This document shows positions 1 through 11,978 of a stretch of DNA of 64,000 nt, one piece after another (position 1 is the stretch's first letter; the number at the start of each line of letters is the position of its first letter). The stretch covers positions 806,001-870,000 of the forward strand of contig JADEYG010000015.1 in assembly GCA_016906335.1 (NCBI GenBank), written 5' to 3'. The stretch comes from Novakomyces olei (taxonomy: Eukaryota). Under the pieces are notes generated by a model. That model was given only the letters and a program-made list of their open reading frames with translations, made no database searches and was not told the DNA's origin. A program made the translations under genes and the position numbers.

Positions 1-384
1 ACCGACCGGGACCAGGTTCATCGGCAGACTGCTGCCAGTGTGGTAAAGCACATGTCTCTCGGCTCAGCGGGCCTTGATCTGGAAGATGCAATGCAGCACC
101 TACTCAATATGGTCTGGCCCAACATCCTCGAGGAGTCGCCCCACGTTATCAATGCTGTGCGCGAAGCGATTGACGGTATACGCAACTGTGTGGGTGTGGC
201 TGTCGTCCTCAATTACTTGCTGCAAGGCCTTTTCCATCCGAGCCGAAAGGTTCGGCATTCGTACTGGATGGTCTACAACAATGCGTATGTGCAGCATGCG
301 GACGCAATGGTCCCCTACTACCCAACTGTGCCGGACGACGACAAGAATCAGTGGGTGCGGCACGATATGTACATGGTTTTGTGA
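1..384 (+). CDS. prp10: Splicing factor 3B subunit 1 (SF3B1/Hsh155/Prp10), C-terminal end, partial
   Basis: Frame 1 reads TDRDQVHRQTAASVVKHMSLG...HLLNMVWPNILEESPHVINAV...QGLFHPSRKVR..YWMVYNNAY...MVPYYP, the conserved SF3B1 C-terminal HEAT region. Confidence 0.95.
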   Translation, partial: TDRDQVHRQTAASVVKHMSLGSAGLDLEDAMQHLLNMVWPNILEESPHVINAVREAIDGIRNCVGVAVVLNYLLQGLFHPSRKVRHSYWMVYNNAYVQHADAMVPYYPTVPDDDKNQWVRHDMYMVL

Positions 385-466
385 GGTCCGCGTAGACTGT
401 GCCGTCGTAGGATGTGTGGGTCATATGGACGGTGGTGGATCTGCTAATAGTGAATTAATAGCAGTA

Positions 467-591
467 AATAGCAATAGCAATAGCAATAGCAATAGCAATA
501 GCAATAGCAATAGCAATAGCAATAGCAATAGCAATAGCAATAGCAATAGCAATAGCAATAGCAATAGCAATAGCAATAGCAATAGCAATAG
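467..591. repeat. (AATAGC)n hexanucleotide microsatellite, about 20-21 perfect copies
   Basis: Uninterrupted AATAGC array downstream of the SF3B1 stop. Confidence 0.98.
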
Positions 592-876
592 AATTTATTG
601 TATAGTAGTAGAATTGTATAGTAGAAAAATGCAGTAAACATATGAAAGTCTTGTCCACAAGTCTTGTCCGTATACTGCACAATAGCTTACTTGTGCATCC
701 GCCGCTTTCTGGCGGAGCACCCACATATCTTACGCTATGGCCCAAGTAGTATTACCGTTAAATGGAACACGATCTCAAACCCCAATAATATCGAATAAAT
801 ATATCGAGAAAATAGATGTGTCGGTGCTCAGGACTCTTTAATCTTTTATTTACTCCATCTCACGAAAAGTATCGCA

Positions 877-1912
877 ATGTCTACTTCGCCGGCTGCCGAC
901 AAGAGCACAGAAAAGCAGGAAGCGCCTGCTGCGCAACAAGACGCAAAAGAGACGCGTGAAGAAGTTGCCTCCGCCGGCGAAAATGGATCGCCGACAAAGG
1001 GCGACGGCGATGCGACGCCAGAGCCGACGGCAAATGGGAAACCTCTAAAGAAGGGGGTCGCAAGGTCCAACAGAAAATCGATCGGCGGCGCCAGTGAGCA
1101 GGCGCAAAAAAATTTTGAGCCTGGCGCTGTGGTCCTGTGCAAGATGTCTGGCCATTCACCGTAAGCTTGATCTGTTAAATTTATACATTATTTTTCTCTA
1201 CACTGATTTCAAATTTGGGCTGAATCGCGCTAACGGATATGACAGATGGCCAGCAATGGTATATTGTCGCTCGTGCTTGCAGCAACAAGGCTCTAACGTT
1301 TGTTTAGGTTATGACGGAAGACCTCTTGTCCCCAGAGGCTATTGACGCAAAGAGAAAGAACGCTTTGCCCGTCATGTTTTTTCCTGACAGATCCTAGTAA
1401 GTTTCGTTGCCCCCCTGAATCTCTTATTTGCTCTTTTTATTTAATTAATTAATTATTTGTTTTTATTTATTTATTTGTTTATTTATTTTTATTTTATGCA
1501 AGTGATGCCCCTATATTTTTGATGGATCGTACTGGGTATGGAAGCATGCGTGAATGCTTTAATTACAATGAAAGATTGAGTACTCAAGCGTACAATGAGG
1601 GAGGCTCATAAATTGGTTTACGACAATTGGCGGTTCAAGGGACGATTGATGGATTTTCTCTTTTATTGGTCTTTATTTTGATACTTTTCAATGTAATCGG
1701 TAGCAAGCTGACCACGCAGTGCTTGGCTGCCGCCTAAAAGCATCAAGCTGCTCTCGCGTCAAGACATCCAAAAGTACTTGGATAAGGCGAACCCCAAGAA
1801 AGAGATCACTTTGGGTTACCAAGCGCTCTTGGACCCGCCAAGCCTTGAAAGCTTAAAGTATGTAGAGCCGGAAGAGCAGCTGGTGGAGGACGCAGACATG
1901 GAAGAAGCACCG

Positions 1913-1946
<34 letters not shown>

Positions 1947-2911
1947 CTGCTGAGCCTGAGGATGAAGCCGATGTTGACGAAGCTGAAGATGAGACTCCTC
2001 GGAGAAAGAAAGCCAGGTCTACACCAAAATCAAAGCCCAAGAAGCCGGCTACTCCAGCCTCGGAGAAGGCAGAGGCGCAGACAAAAGGCTCTCGAAAGCG
2101 TAAAGCCGAGACCAGTGCTTCCAAGCCAGATGCAAAGAAAAAGAAAGAAAAAGTGGAAGAAGGTACTCCGTCACGCCCTGCAGTTCCAACTCCTACACCG
2201 GAGGAAAATATGCAAAAGAAATGGGAGCATCGCAAGGGCTCTATACTGTTTATTCGTCATAAGATTCAAAAGACTTTGCTTAAAAAAGAGGAAGAGCCTG
2301 TCTCCGATAAGGATATTGATGCCTTGAATTTGTATTATGTCAAACTGGAGCATATCCAGGACATTGACATCTCCTTACTACGCGCGACCAAGATTGGGAA
2401 AGTGATGAAGCGAGTGGTACAGCTATCGTCTGTTCCAAAAGACGATGTTTACAATTTTCGTTCTCGCTCAAAGAAGCTTATAGAGTATTGGCAGGAGATT
2501 ATGGGTATTTCATCTGTGGAGGCCGATGAGACACCAAAGGCCACTAATGGATCTGCCGACAATGGGAATGAAAACGCTGAAGCGGAAAAGCCGGCTGTAG
2601 CTGACGAAAAGGATGCTCCTGAAAAGAATGAAGCAAAAACGGACGAACAATCTGTAGAGCCGACTCAAGAGGGAGAGAAATCGACAGAGTTGGACGATAA
2701 GCCAAAGAGCGAGGAGCCAACAAAGGAAGTAGAAAAAGCAACTGAAGCCGATGAAAAGAGTGAAGACGAGCCGGTTAAAGAAGTAATTGGCGAGGAGTCT
2801 GCCAAAGATTCCAAGACAACCGAAGAAAATGCTGAGCCCCAGAAATCTGAGCCGGAAAACCCTGGTACTGGAGATACTGGTGAAGACACTACAAAGGTTG
2901 AGGCAGCTTGA
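877..2911 (+). CDS. PWWP-domain chromatin protein (Pdp3-like) with acidic linker and TFIIS-N-like helical domain
   Basis: Exons 877-1160, 1246-1258, 1308-1396 and 1720-2911 join in frame: FEPGAVVLCKMSGHSPWPAMV...PVMFFPDRSYAWL (PWWP), later LLRATKIGKVMKRV...FRSRSKKLIEYW. Confidence 0.85.
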
Positions 2912-3168
2912 GTTTTTAGATTCTACAATTTAGCCTTGGGGGATGCCATTTTTGATCAAAAATTGGTGTGTGCGGGTTACGTGCGACTGTGCGTGGAACT
3001 TGTCGAGTAAACTTAAAATTAAAAAAGAAAGCTGTTGAACTTTAACCGTTGAATTGGACTCTAAAGTAGCCTAAAATTGTACGTTATTAATTATGCAAGC
3101 ACCTGGTTTAATATACTAAATAATTTATACTAATACTTTTCTTTCACGATTATATTATTTGCTCAAGT

Positions 3169-5062
3169 CTAATTTCTCCTCTTCCCATCTAGATTTGTCA
3201 CACTTTCAAGTGTAAACTCACTCGCAGCGGGACTGTCGAGGATATCTAATTCATGCTTTGGAATCAGCAGAGGTAAAATGTATGTGCGGACTGGAATAAG
3301 GGCGAAAATAAGTACGCTGAAGCCAATTGCCGCGATTGTTTGGCTGATGGCGATAGTAATAGCAAACCCAAAAAGCTGAAACCCAACAAAAACAACGATA
3401 CTTCTTCGTCTAACCTGCATCAGTGGGTCATCCTGCGAGGCAAGTGACCGTTGCCGGAAAAGAAATAAGAGCTTTTGTGTAATTCCGTTGCCCTCAATAG
3501 CGCCCCAACCAACAAAAGCAAACACTCCAGCCAAAACGCCTCGACGGATCAGTCCCAGTACAACGAGCAGGGGACGGGTCATTGTCCCCAGAACGAGGAA
3601 GCCTTGAGCCAAGTTTGATACTCGCTGCTCAACAACGAACGAAACCTGTCGTTGGCCAGACGCAGGTAATAAACTATTGGCCTCTACATTATTTGAATTA
3701 GTTCGATCTGAATCATGAGGGCCTGAGAATTTGCCTTCTTGTGACTCGGTCAATGGCTGTTGCAATGCAGCAGCTTCTCGGCGAACAGCCAGGCTGTTCG
3801 TATGCAAAGGGGCCTGTGGAACAAGCCCATTGGGCGGAGGAATCCCTAAAAATCCAGCAATTAATGTGACCAGGCCAAGTAGGAAAAAATCCCAATGGAA
3901 CCCGGCCGGTTTCCGTAGAGGAAATTCTGTGCCCTGGGCCGCCAGGGAGGAGACGTTATGATCATAGTAGAAAAGCACAGTCATTAAAAAAGCAAAAGGA
4001 ATGGCAATAAAGATCCACCTTGTTTCAATATTCCAAAAATGAACGAACCAGGGCCGATCAATGGTTGGGAACCACGATCTGGTAACGGGCAAAGTATCCA
4101 GATCAGTAGTCCTGAGTGGACCAGGAATGTAAGTGAAACCGGTGAAAAACAGGACGCAGACTGGCAGCACGTAGTCCGCTGCCACTATACGCAGAAGACG
4201 ATGGGTATAAAAGGAACGAGAATAAATTGTAATGCTCTGGGCAGCAACACAAAACAATACTGCTAGTGCAATTGAGCAGTACATTGCCTCACGTGAAACT
4301 TGCAATTCGTATACCAGCGTACGGATTCCGTACTGAATATAGACAACGCCGACATAAAAACCAAAAGTGTCCACACTGAACTGTGTGATCTCCTTTGTGT
4401 AACTGACAAGGTTGAAAATGGCGATAAGCCAGTGCATAGCGCACGACCATATCCCGACCCAGGCCATAAAGGGGAGGAAGGCGACTCCATAATGCGAAGT
4501 GACAATACGGTAAGTAGTAAATGTGTACAGGTCAATCAGGCCTGTAATACCCACGATGGTAAGCGGCTGGCAAGCAAAGAATCCAAAGATAAAAGCCGCC
4601 ATAAACGTTCCCAGTAACACCTCGTTAACCCCGTACTCGCCGTTTGTGTGCCTGTGCATGTCGAGTGTATATGCCATGGCAGGAATAAGACTGGCTGTAA
4701 GTAGAGGCTTTTTGTGAATTGTAATACGAGACTAAAGTCTGTCCGAGGAGAAGAGCAGTAGCGTGGTATACACAAATTGTTGAACAAAATAAAATAAAAT
4801 AAAATTAAATTAAATTTAAAGCAAGCCAGCAGAGACAAGAGTGATCTAGTACATGGAGAGGCTTCACGTACTTTACAAAATAAGTTTGAATGATCCCTGG
4901 GATCATTCGAGGATGCGATAGGCCGTCAACAAAGTCGGATCTGTAGAAGGGCAGCCGCCGACGAACATCATTCAGCATGCCCTGAAACGGTTTGAGCCGT
5001 TTCAGCCAGCTCTCTTTCGCCGCCGGTAAATCTGCCGAAAAATCTGATGCGGAAGACGGCAT
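3169..5062 (-). CDS. bor1: HCO3-/borate transporter, SLC4/Bor1 family
   Basis: Exon 1 contains GMLNDVRRRLPFYRSDF. After intron 4691-4871 the ORF has QPLTIVGITG, LFYYDHNVSSL, PLRKPAGFHWD, NGLVPQAPLHT, VVEQRVSNLAQG and many TM segments. Confidence 0.92.
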
Positions 5063-5476
5063 TTTACACGGTAATCGCACTGATCAAGCCTCGGCATTAG
5101 CCTCTACCGTCTGGCGCATCCTTATTTATGGGGTAGAGACGGTGAATAAATAGGTATAAATATTTAGTAGTCGAAAATATAGGAGAAATCATAGGGGATA
5201 TGAGATGCTACAGATATTATCGTAACAGTTTTATGCATCACTTGTTGCTTATAATAAACCATATCCTATATAATTTGGTCCCAATCTTATCGTGCCAAAT
5301 GCTGCTCCTGATATAATGGTACAAATGTAATGTAATCGCTCGGTAACACAATAATTATATGCAAGTAAAATAAAAATAGCAAAAATATTATACAATTGTA
5401 AGAATAAAATAAAAAATAAAAAATAGAAAATAAAAAAAAAGATTTAAAAATTAAAAATAAAAAAGCCAACACACAA

Positions 5477-7469
5477 ATGGCGGCTCCGGCAGAGCGACTT
5501 GAGCCTATAAAGTTGGCTCCTCGCCCAGGAGGTCCTACTGCAGAAGCTCGTTCGTGGCGCAAGTATCGTAATACTGTGATTCTTAAAGAATTTGGTCCAG
5601 TCGTGCATGTTGCGTTTCTCCCAGTCGCACCTTTTAATATTGCAACATGCAGTTCTGCTCGTGTGCAAATCTATTCGAGCTTGACTCGAGGCCTTTTAAA
5701 GACGATATCCCGTTTTAAAGATGCAGTAACCTGCTTTGATATTCGGTCGGACGGCAAATTGCTGATTGCAGGCGACGCGAGCGGACTGGTTCAGGTAAGT
5801 TTAGAAGCCAGACAAGTTTTGGATGAATGCAAAGAGAAAAGAGGATGATAAGCAAAACGAATAAACAACGAGAAATGAAGTTCATTTAAGTGAATGAGAG
5901 AGAAAAGGACATGCAACTCCATTAAAGGATTGCAAATGAAAGATCAAAAGAAAAGATAATGGTTATGAACAAATAAAACTAATTCAAGATCTTTGATCTG
6001 GGAAGCAGATCTATTCTTCGCACAATGCACGAGCATAAACTACCCGTGCGTGTTGTTCGTTTCGCTAAGCAGTCAGGAAAAGTATTGACGGCCGGGGACG
6101 ATGGCAATATCGTCTTGTGGGATATAGCGACAGGCGATGTCTTGACACGCTTACAGGGCCATACGGATTATGTACGCGATGCTCAGTTCTATCCACGTAA
6201 CTCTGATATCATCGTCAGCGGCTCTTACGACGGAACTTTACGTGTCTGGGACACACAGTCCCCGGCCTCTACTTCCTCTTCTATTCAGTCTACCCAAAGC
6301 TTCCGACACGGCCACCCAATTGAACAGATATTTGTCTTTCCCTCTGGCACTCTCGCCGCATCAATTGGCGGACAAAAGCTTAAAGTATGGAACCTGTCAT
6401 CTGGACAAAGGCGACCACTGCGGTCGATCAAAAGCCCGGGCAAAGATTTTACCTGTCTTGCTAGCAATCGCGATAGCTCCAGACTCTTATGTGGAGCTTT
6501 GGACGGGCATGTGCGTATTTACGATATTGAGACCTGGCGAGTGGTTCATATAGTCAAGTTTCCTGGGCCAGTTCTTTCTGTTGCCTTATCTGTAAGTATC
6601 GCAGAGATGATTTGGGCCGTAACCAAACGAAGTTTAGCTCTTAAAAATGTTTTAGTTTAATTTTTTGGTCTTAACCGCTTTGATTGGTATTATTACTTTA
6701 CATTGAGTCTAATCGTTCGCAGCCTGACGAAAACCATTTTGTCGCTGGAATGGCAAATGGGCTACTTTCTATTCGTTCACGCACTGCCCGCTCCGAAACG
6801 GGTCGCACAGCTCCGCGTTCAGAAGCTCGAGCGAAGCCGGCAACGTTCCGTCGGTTTATGCGTGGAATGGACTATCGAGGTAACGGTACAGAGGAATATT
6901 ACGTCGAGGAGGAGCGGCGGCAGAGGCTTCGGCCTTTCGATAGAGCGCTTTTGCGGTTTAACTATGGTGATGCGTTAGACTTGGCGCTACGTATGGTACG
7001 TGTATCGAATATAAAACGACAGATTACCGTTTCATTCATTTGGTTTTCTTTTCTTGATTCTATTTTATTTAGGCAACTTAATTTGTGTCTTAATTTACTT
7101 TTAAGGTTTTCTCGATTTATATACTTTTGTGAGTTTTTCCCTAACAGCCAGGGCGATCCTATAACATTTGTGACTGTCGTACATGAGCTGCAACACAGGT
7201 CGGGATTACGTCAAGCTCTCGCTAATCGTGATGATGTTGCTCTTGATCCTGTATTGCGTATGATTACACGGCATTTGTCTAATCCCGTGTACGCAAGGCC
7301 CATGTCAGAGTGTCTCTTTACAATTTTTGATATCTATGGACCGGCCGTTGCAGGATCCGCACTGGTAGAGGCGACTACGGACAAGCTCCGAGCTAAACTG
7401 CAGCGAGAAATTACCAACAGCGAAGAGTCGTGTCATCTCATTGGGATGTTGGAGATTTTGTCGTTATAG
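5477..7469 (+). CDS. utp15: U3 snoRNA-associated protein 15 (WD40 repeats plus UTP15_C)
   Basis: KTISRFKD..IRSDGKLLIAGD, GHTDYVR, SGSYDGTLRVWD, HGHPIE, LDGHVRIYD and C-terminal ELQHRSGLRQALANRD; three GT-AG introns. Confidence 0.92.
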
Positions 7470-7779
7470 ACATGTCTAGAAACGAAAAGGCATTTTGATT
7501 CATTTAACGAGAGCAAAGTAGGACGTATATTATAAAAATAATAGTCGATTAGAATTTTTGCTTGCATTTGAGCTAATGAAAATAAAAACGTAGCCCGTCA
7601 TTGGCAAATTATTAGACATTATTTTTCAGATTCAAAACAGATCTTAATTCAATGCTCAATTTTATCCTCGATGAACTGCCCTAAGCAAGACTATAGTGCA
7701 AGCGAGGATCGGACGAATAAGCCGCCTCTTTGCGAAGATTCTCGTTCATAGCCAAACTCTAAGCAAACGCTTGCGTCGT

Positions 7780-8174
7780 CTAGGCATCTGCAAAAATCTC
7801 TGGACGCTTTTGTGAAATGTCAACAAGCTTATTGACGACGCTGTAATCTTCTAATTAGCCCAACTTAACATATGATGGCTTACCAATAGAAGTTCCAAAA
7901 TCGATAGCTGAGAGAGTATTCACAGACAAATCGGGGTTGATACGGCCCAGTATTTCATAGTCATGGCCTTCTGTCATACTAAATCCCTAGATAATTAGAG
8001 CAGCTTTCTTTACGCGAAACAATATACCTGCTGAATAGTTACAGAAACGGGGCCGGATGCATCTAAAGTCGCCACACCCGCCCCGACAGAAGTTGCACGT
8101 CCGACAATACGGACAGTACGGCCTGTATACTTTTCACGTAAAGCCGCCGTTATCCTTGGCGTCGCTTGCTCCAT
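7780..8174 (-). CDS. ssb3: Replication protein A small subunit (RPA14/Ssb3/Rfa3)
   Basis: Not in the ORF track. Introns 7987-8027 (41 nt) and 7848-7883 (36 nt) give MEQATPRITAALREKYTGRTVRIVGR...YEILGRINPDLSV..LSAIDFGTSIDYSVVNKLVDISQKRPEIFADA*. Confidence 0.92.
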
Positions 8175-8182
8175 ACTATTTT

Positions 8183-8233
8183 ACGCGTCGCTGTCGATTA
8201 ATCGTTAAATTAATAATAATAATAATATAAATC

Positions 8234-8299
<66 letters not shown>

Positions 8300-8322
8300 G
8301 GACCAAACCGAGAAGAACGCGT
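8183..8322. promoter_or_regulatory. Two MCB elements (ACGCGT) in the ssb3/psf1 bidirectional promoter
   Basis: ACGCGT at 8183-8188 and 8317-8322, both followed by CG, between two divergent DNA replication genes. Confidence 0.75.
8234..8299. repeat. (TAT)n trinucleotide microsatellite, about 22 copies
   Basis: Perfect TAT array, preceded by a short (AAT)n run at about 8211-8227. Confidence 0.97.
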
Positions 8323-8362
8323 CGTAATGAGAACCGGAGCAGCACGATAGCCCGTCGCTTCA

Positions 8363-8962
8363 ATGATTGGTGACCTTGGACTTAAACTTTTATCAGACGC
8401 TAAACGAACGCGTGGTCTTGATTACCTTCCGCCCTATGAGACTGAACTAGTTCACTCTGTGCTCCATGAAACAAGGCTTCATGATCAAGAATTTACACAG
8501 ATACTAGAAGCCGCTGGTGGACCAGAAAACCTACAACGTGAGCGGGAAAAATATTCGAATGCTGCGTGTCTTTTGCTTGTGCATCATGTGGCTATTCGTC
8601 GTAACAAGCGCATTGCATTGGCTTATGTTAAGACAAGAGCAGACAAGATTCTTGAGTGGTGTTGGTCTGGAGGCGAGAAAATGGATCGTTCTGTAATGAC
8701 GGCCTTGACTTCAGGGGAGCAGGACTATCGCAATCGCTATTCTGATCTATTAGCTGCTTATCGCAGCCGTTGGACGGATGTAGATCTAACAGGATCACTT
8801 GATCCGCCCGATGAAATATTTGTCGACGTGAGAGTGCTTAGAGACGCTGGAGAAATTCAAACGGAATACGGAACACTTAATCTTACAAAGAATAGCCAGT
8901 TCTTTGTAAGACAAAGTGATGTAGATCGGCTGATCAGCCAGGGGTTTTTAGAGAAGCTTTAA
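8363..8962 (+). CDS. psf1: GINS complex subunit Psf1
   Basis: MIGDLGLKL...LPPY, IRRNKRIALAY, DVDLTGSLDPP.EIFVDVRVLRDAGEIQTEYGTLNLTKNSQFFVRQSDVDRLISQGFL. Confidence 0.96.
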   Translation: MIGDLGLKLLSDAKRTRGLDYLPPYETELVHSVLHETRLHDQEFTQILEAAGGPENLQREREKYSNAACLLLVHHVAIRRNKRIALAYVKTRADKILEWCWSGGEKMDRSVMTALTSGEQDYRNRYSDLLAAYRSRWTDVDLTGSLDPPDEIFVDVRVLRDAGEIQTEYGTLNLTKNSQFFVRQSDVDRLISQGFLEKL

Positions 8963-9446
8963 AGTGGATATTTGGCCAGCGTCTATTTGCCGTGACAAAC
9001 AAACTTGATCTGATCGAATCAGAGTATAGATTTTGGTCTGGTCAGATAGCAGGCCATTGCAGGAATGCTTTCCTATGACCCGACTCTTAATATTCGGTTT
9101 GTCTCTACACAAGGCAGCAACAAGAGCCGTTCTCACAGGACGCTTGGTACATCGGATCAGTCTCATAATCGCGCATGGGCACTGCGGGTATACGAGCATT
9201 ATATATGCCTCACTAGTCGCCACTGACAGGTGCTTTTGGTCTATCAGTATAGCACAAATATAAATTGTACATTAATTATTAAATTAAAATTATTGAATTA
9301 AAATTATTCAATTTAAAATATTCAATTTAAAATATTCAGTTTAATTATACAGTTTAAAAGCAAACAACACTCCAGATTATGCCGCACGATTAAAGAATAA
9401 TCAAGTAGACATATACCCGCTCCGTCGGCCAGACGGTACCATAAAT

Positions 9447-10623
9447 ATGCAGGGAGACGTGTTGCAGCAGCACCAAAGCGGCCTTGACGTCAGTCTGGCC
9501 TGTGCACTCGTGCTGCTTAAACACAAGCCGGTAACTTTATCGCTGTCAGGTACGTACTATACTTGTTTACTAGCCCAACAGATAAGAGTATCGCCGCTCT
9601 GTCGGTCGTGCTATTGCCCGCCACGAGTCTGTGGGACGGAGGAGCGGTGAAGAGGGCGCTGTCCACGATCGGGGCGCGCGGACTCTCAGACTTGCAGACA
9701 AGACTACCAGTAAAGTCTTGGATACGCTTCAGCAATACGTGAAAAAGATTTATAATATGGAGGCGGAGTTTGATATTGATCCTGAAAGGCACACAAAGTT
9801 TACGAAAGCGTTCCTAAACCTGTTACTTGAGTACTTTAGTATTGGGGCAGAAAGTGATTACGCGTCCACATTGGAGGCAATCACGCCCGGAGTAGAGTCT
9901 GGGCCGTTTGCCCATGCGAATAGTCTTGTGCGACTGCTATGCAATGTTTTGCGTCTCGCGCCAATAGGGTTCAAACTAGAATGCTTCATGGAAGATTTCA
10001 CGTTTGGTTTGACGAATCTGTATATGCAAAGGGGCTTTGGCTCGGATGATTGTTTATTCACAATGCTCGTACTTGTACTGGAGAACTTTTCGCCTTTTAT
10101 CAGGCACAAGGACTCTTTGCTGGAAATAATTCTACTTGAAATAGAGCTAATCTTGTTGTCGCTTTGTCAGATGCCGCTTTTGTTGAAAAATTTTCTTTCA
10201 CAAATATCGGAAAATGATTTGTCTCATCTTTCACGTGGCTTAGAGTGCAGAGGTCTAGCAAGCCGTGAAAAAGATAAGCTCAAAGTCCGCTATACATGGA
10301 AGCTGGACGGCCAACGGGCACATAAAGCTACGGTACTGGATAGAATGCATGAACGTCTTCGCCAAAGGGTGGCTTCATACTCGGTGCAAGACAATGAGAC
10401 CCTTTCCTGTAAAGTAATACTGCGTTTAAAGCTTGTGGAAATCATATCTCTTATGCGCGAAGATAACCGGTGGGCTTGCAATACCGGATTGCGAAAATAT
10501 ACATACGAACAGCTGGATCGAATGTTACATCGCGAACCCGCTACTGCTCTTTATGGTGAACGTATCTCAAATTTGATGATACACAAAGTTACTCAACGCT
10601 TAAAACTTACGCTTGCCAAGTGA
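9447..10623 (+). CDS. Hypothetical helical protein, unrecognised
   Basis: 330-codon ORF (9631-10623). A probable first exon 9447-9549 joins in frame through intron GTACGT...ATAAG (9550-9586). The 5' model is uncertain. Confidence 0.6.
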
Positions 10624-11381
10624 AATGAAGCAAGCTTTCCATTATTTGAAGGCAGTCTAGGCTCTCTTGTCAGATGATCTTTTGTGTCTACTTTTTGTTT
10701 TTATTGGATTATTTCGGTCGTTTGCCCCTCTTTTTCATTCTCTGCTAAGCTTGAAATTACAATATTTGCCAAGGATTGCTCGATTGTCTGTGCTTGCGTT
10801 ATTCTCAGCTGAGTTTCGGTACATACTTGCTTCTAACCTCAGTTCGATTTAAGAAAGACAGGAACCGACGATCTGATATAATGTGTACATGTGTATGTTT
10901 TGACGGCAAGGCTCCTGGAGATTTAGATGATTTAATTATCATCAATTTAATCGAAATTCAGTATTATCTCTGCTCTAGCAAAACGCGGTAGATACTAAAC
11001 GCAATAGTCATAGTTTCTCTGGGTTTCATTTGTGGTTTCTTGCCACAAAAAGTGGAAATATTGCAAGTCGGCTACTGCAATTTACAGTATATTCGCAGGA
11101 GATATTAAACGCAATATTAAAGATAATAAACGCACTAGATATTATTACCGTGGCGGCATGCAAAATATGAGCGGAAGTATCGTACCAGCCACGCCAAATA
11201 TACACGTAATGCTACGGTGGACCATTGTAAGAGTTTTTAATGAAATAGCAATAGAAAAACCGGTACATTGTAGTCCTGTGATAATAATAATACAGAATGC
11301 GAGATAAATAATAGAAAAACGATAAAAACGTGGAAAGCAAACGTACTCCTTCAGACCACAGCGACACAGCCAGTGCCCAAC

Positions 11382-11978
11382 ATGGTAGGCCGTGCTTTAC
11401 AATCTTTTCTTATCCGATCTAATGCTAACGCATTCTAAATAGGCGGCAGGATGGGTGTTCTACCTCTTCATGATGATTGGCGACATTTTTCCCCTAGGGA
11501 TGCATCTTTTCTTTGTCATTTCTTACACAGACCTGGCAGACGACTTCATTAATCCTATTGACTGTAAGCCGGCAATCACAAAAGAAGCGTGCTCATTGAT
11601 TTTAGTGTGTAATCGGCTGAACCCATGGCTTATGCCTGTGATGGCTTTTCATGCGTAAGTATTTGTCCGCTCGGGACTTTTAGGACGCTTACAATGACAG
11701 TATCGTGTGCTTCCTGTTTGCCATCAAGGCCTGCTGGATCTCGCTACTTATCAATTTACCCATTCTCGGATGGAATGCGAAAAAGTAAGGCAAATCTGTT
11801 ACAATCCGTTCAAAACTAACTTTTAAGAATCTTGGATAAGAACTACTTGTTGGATCCAACAGAGATCTTTCGAACTCTTAACAAACATCAGCGGGAAGCT
11901 ATTATCAAGCTCGCTTTCTATGTTGTTATGTTTTTCGTGTATCTCTATGACTTTGTGTACCAATTGGCCAGCGATTGA
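11382..11978 (+). CDS. erv14: Cornichon/Erv14 family ER cargo receptor
   Basis: Five exons, the first coding only ATG: MAAGWVFYLF...YTDLADDFINPIDLCNRLNP...LINLPILGWN...LLDPTEIFRTLNKHQREAIIKLAFYVVMFFVYLY. Confidence 0.92.

Noticed and set aside
74-745. ORFs with NSNS, YCYC and IAIA repeats
   Set aside because: These are translations of the (AATAGC)n microsatellite, partly overlapping SF3B1 out of frame.
8965-9260. SRP RNA, U3 or snR30 candidate
   Set aside because: It has hairpins and a CTGA, but I could not find SRP helix 8, U3 boxes A/B/C or exact snR30 m1/m2 motifs.
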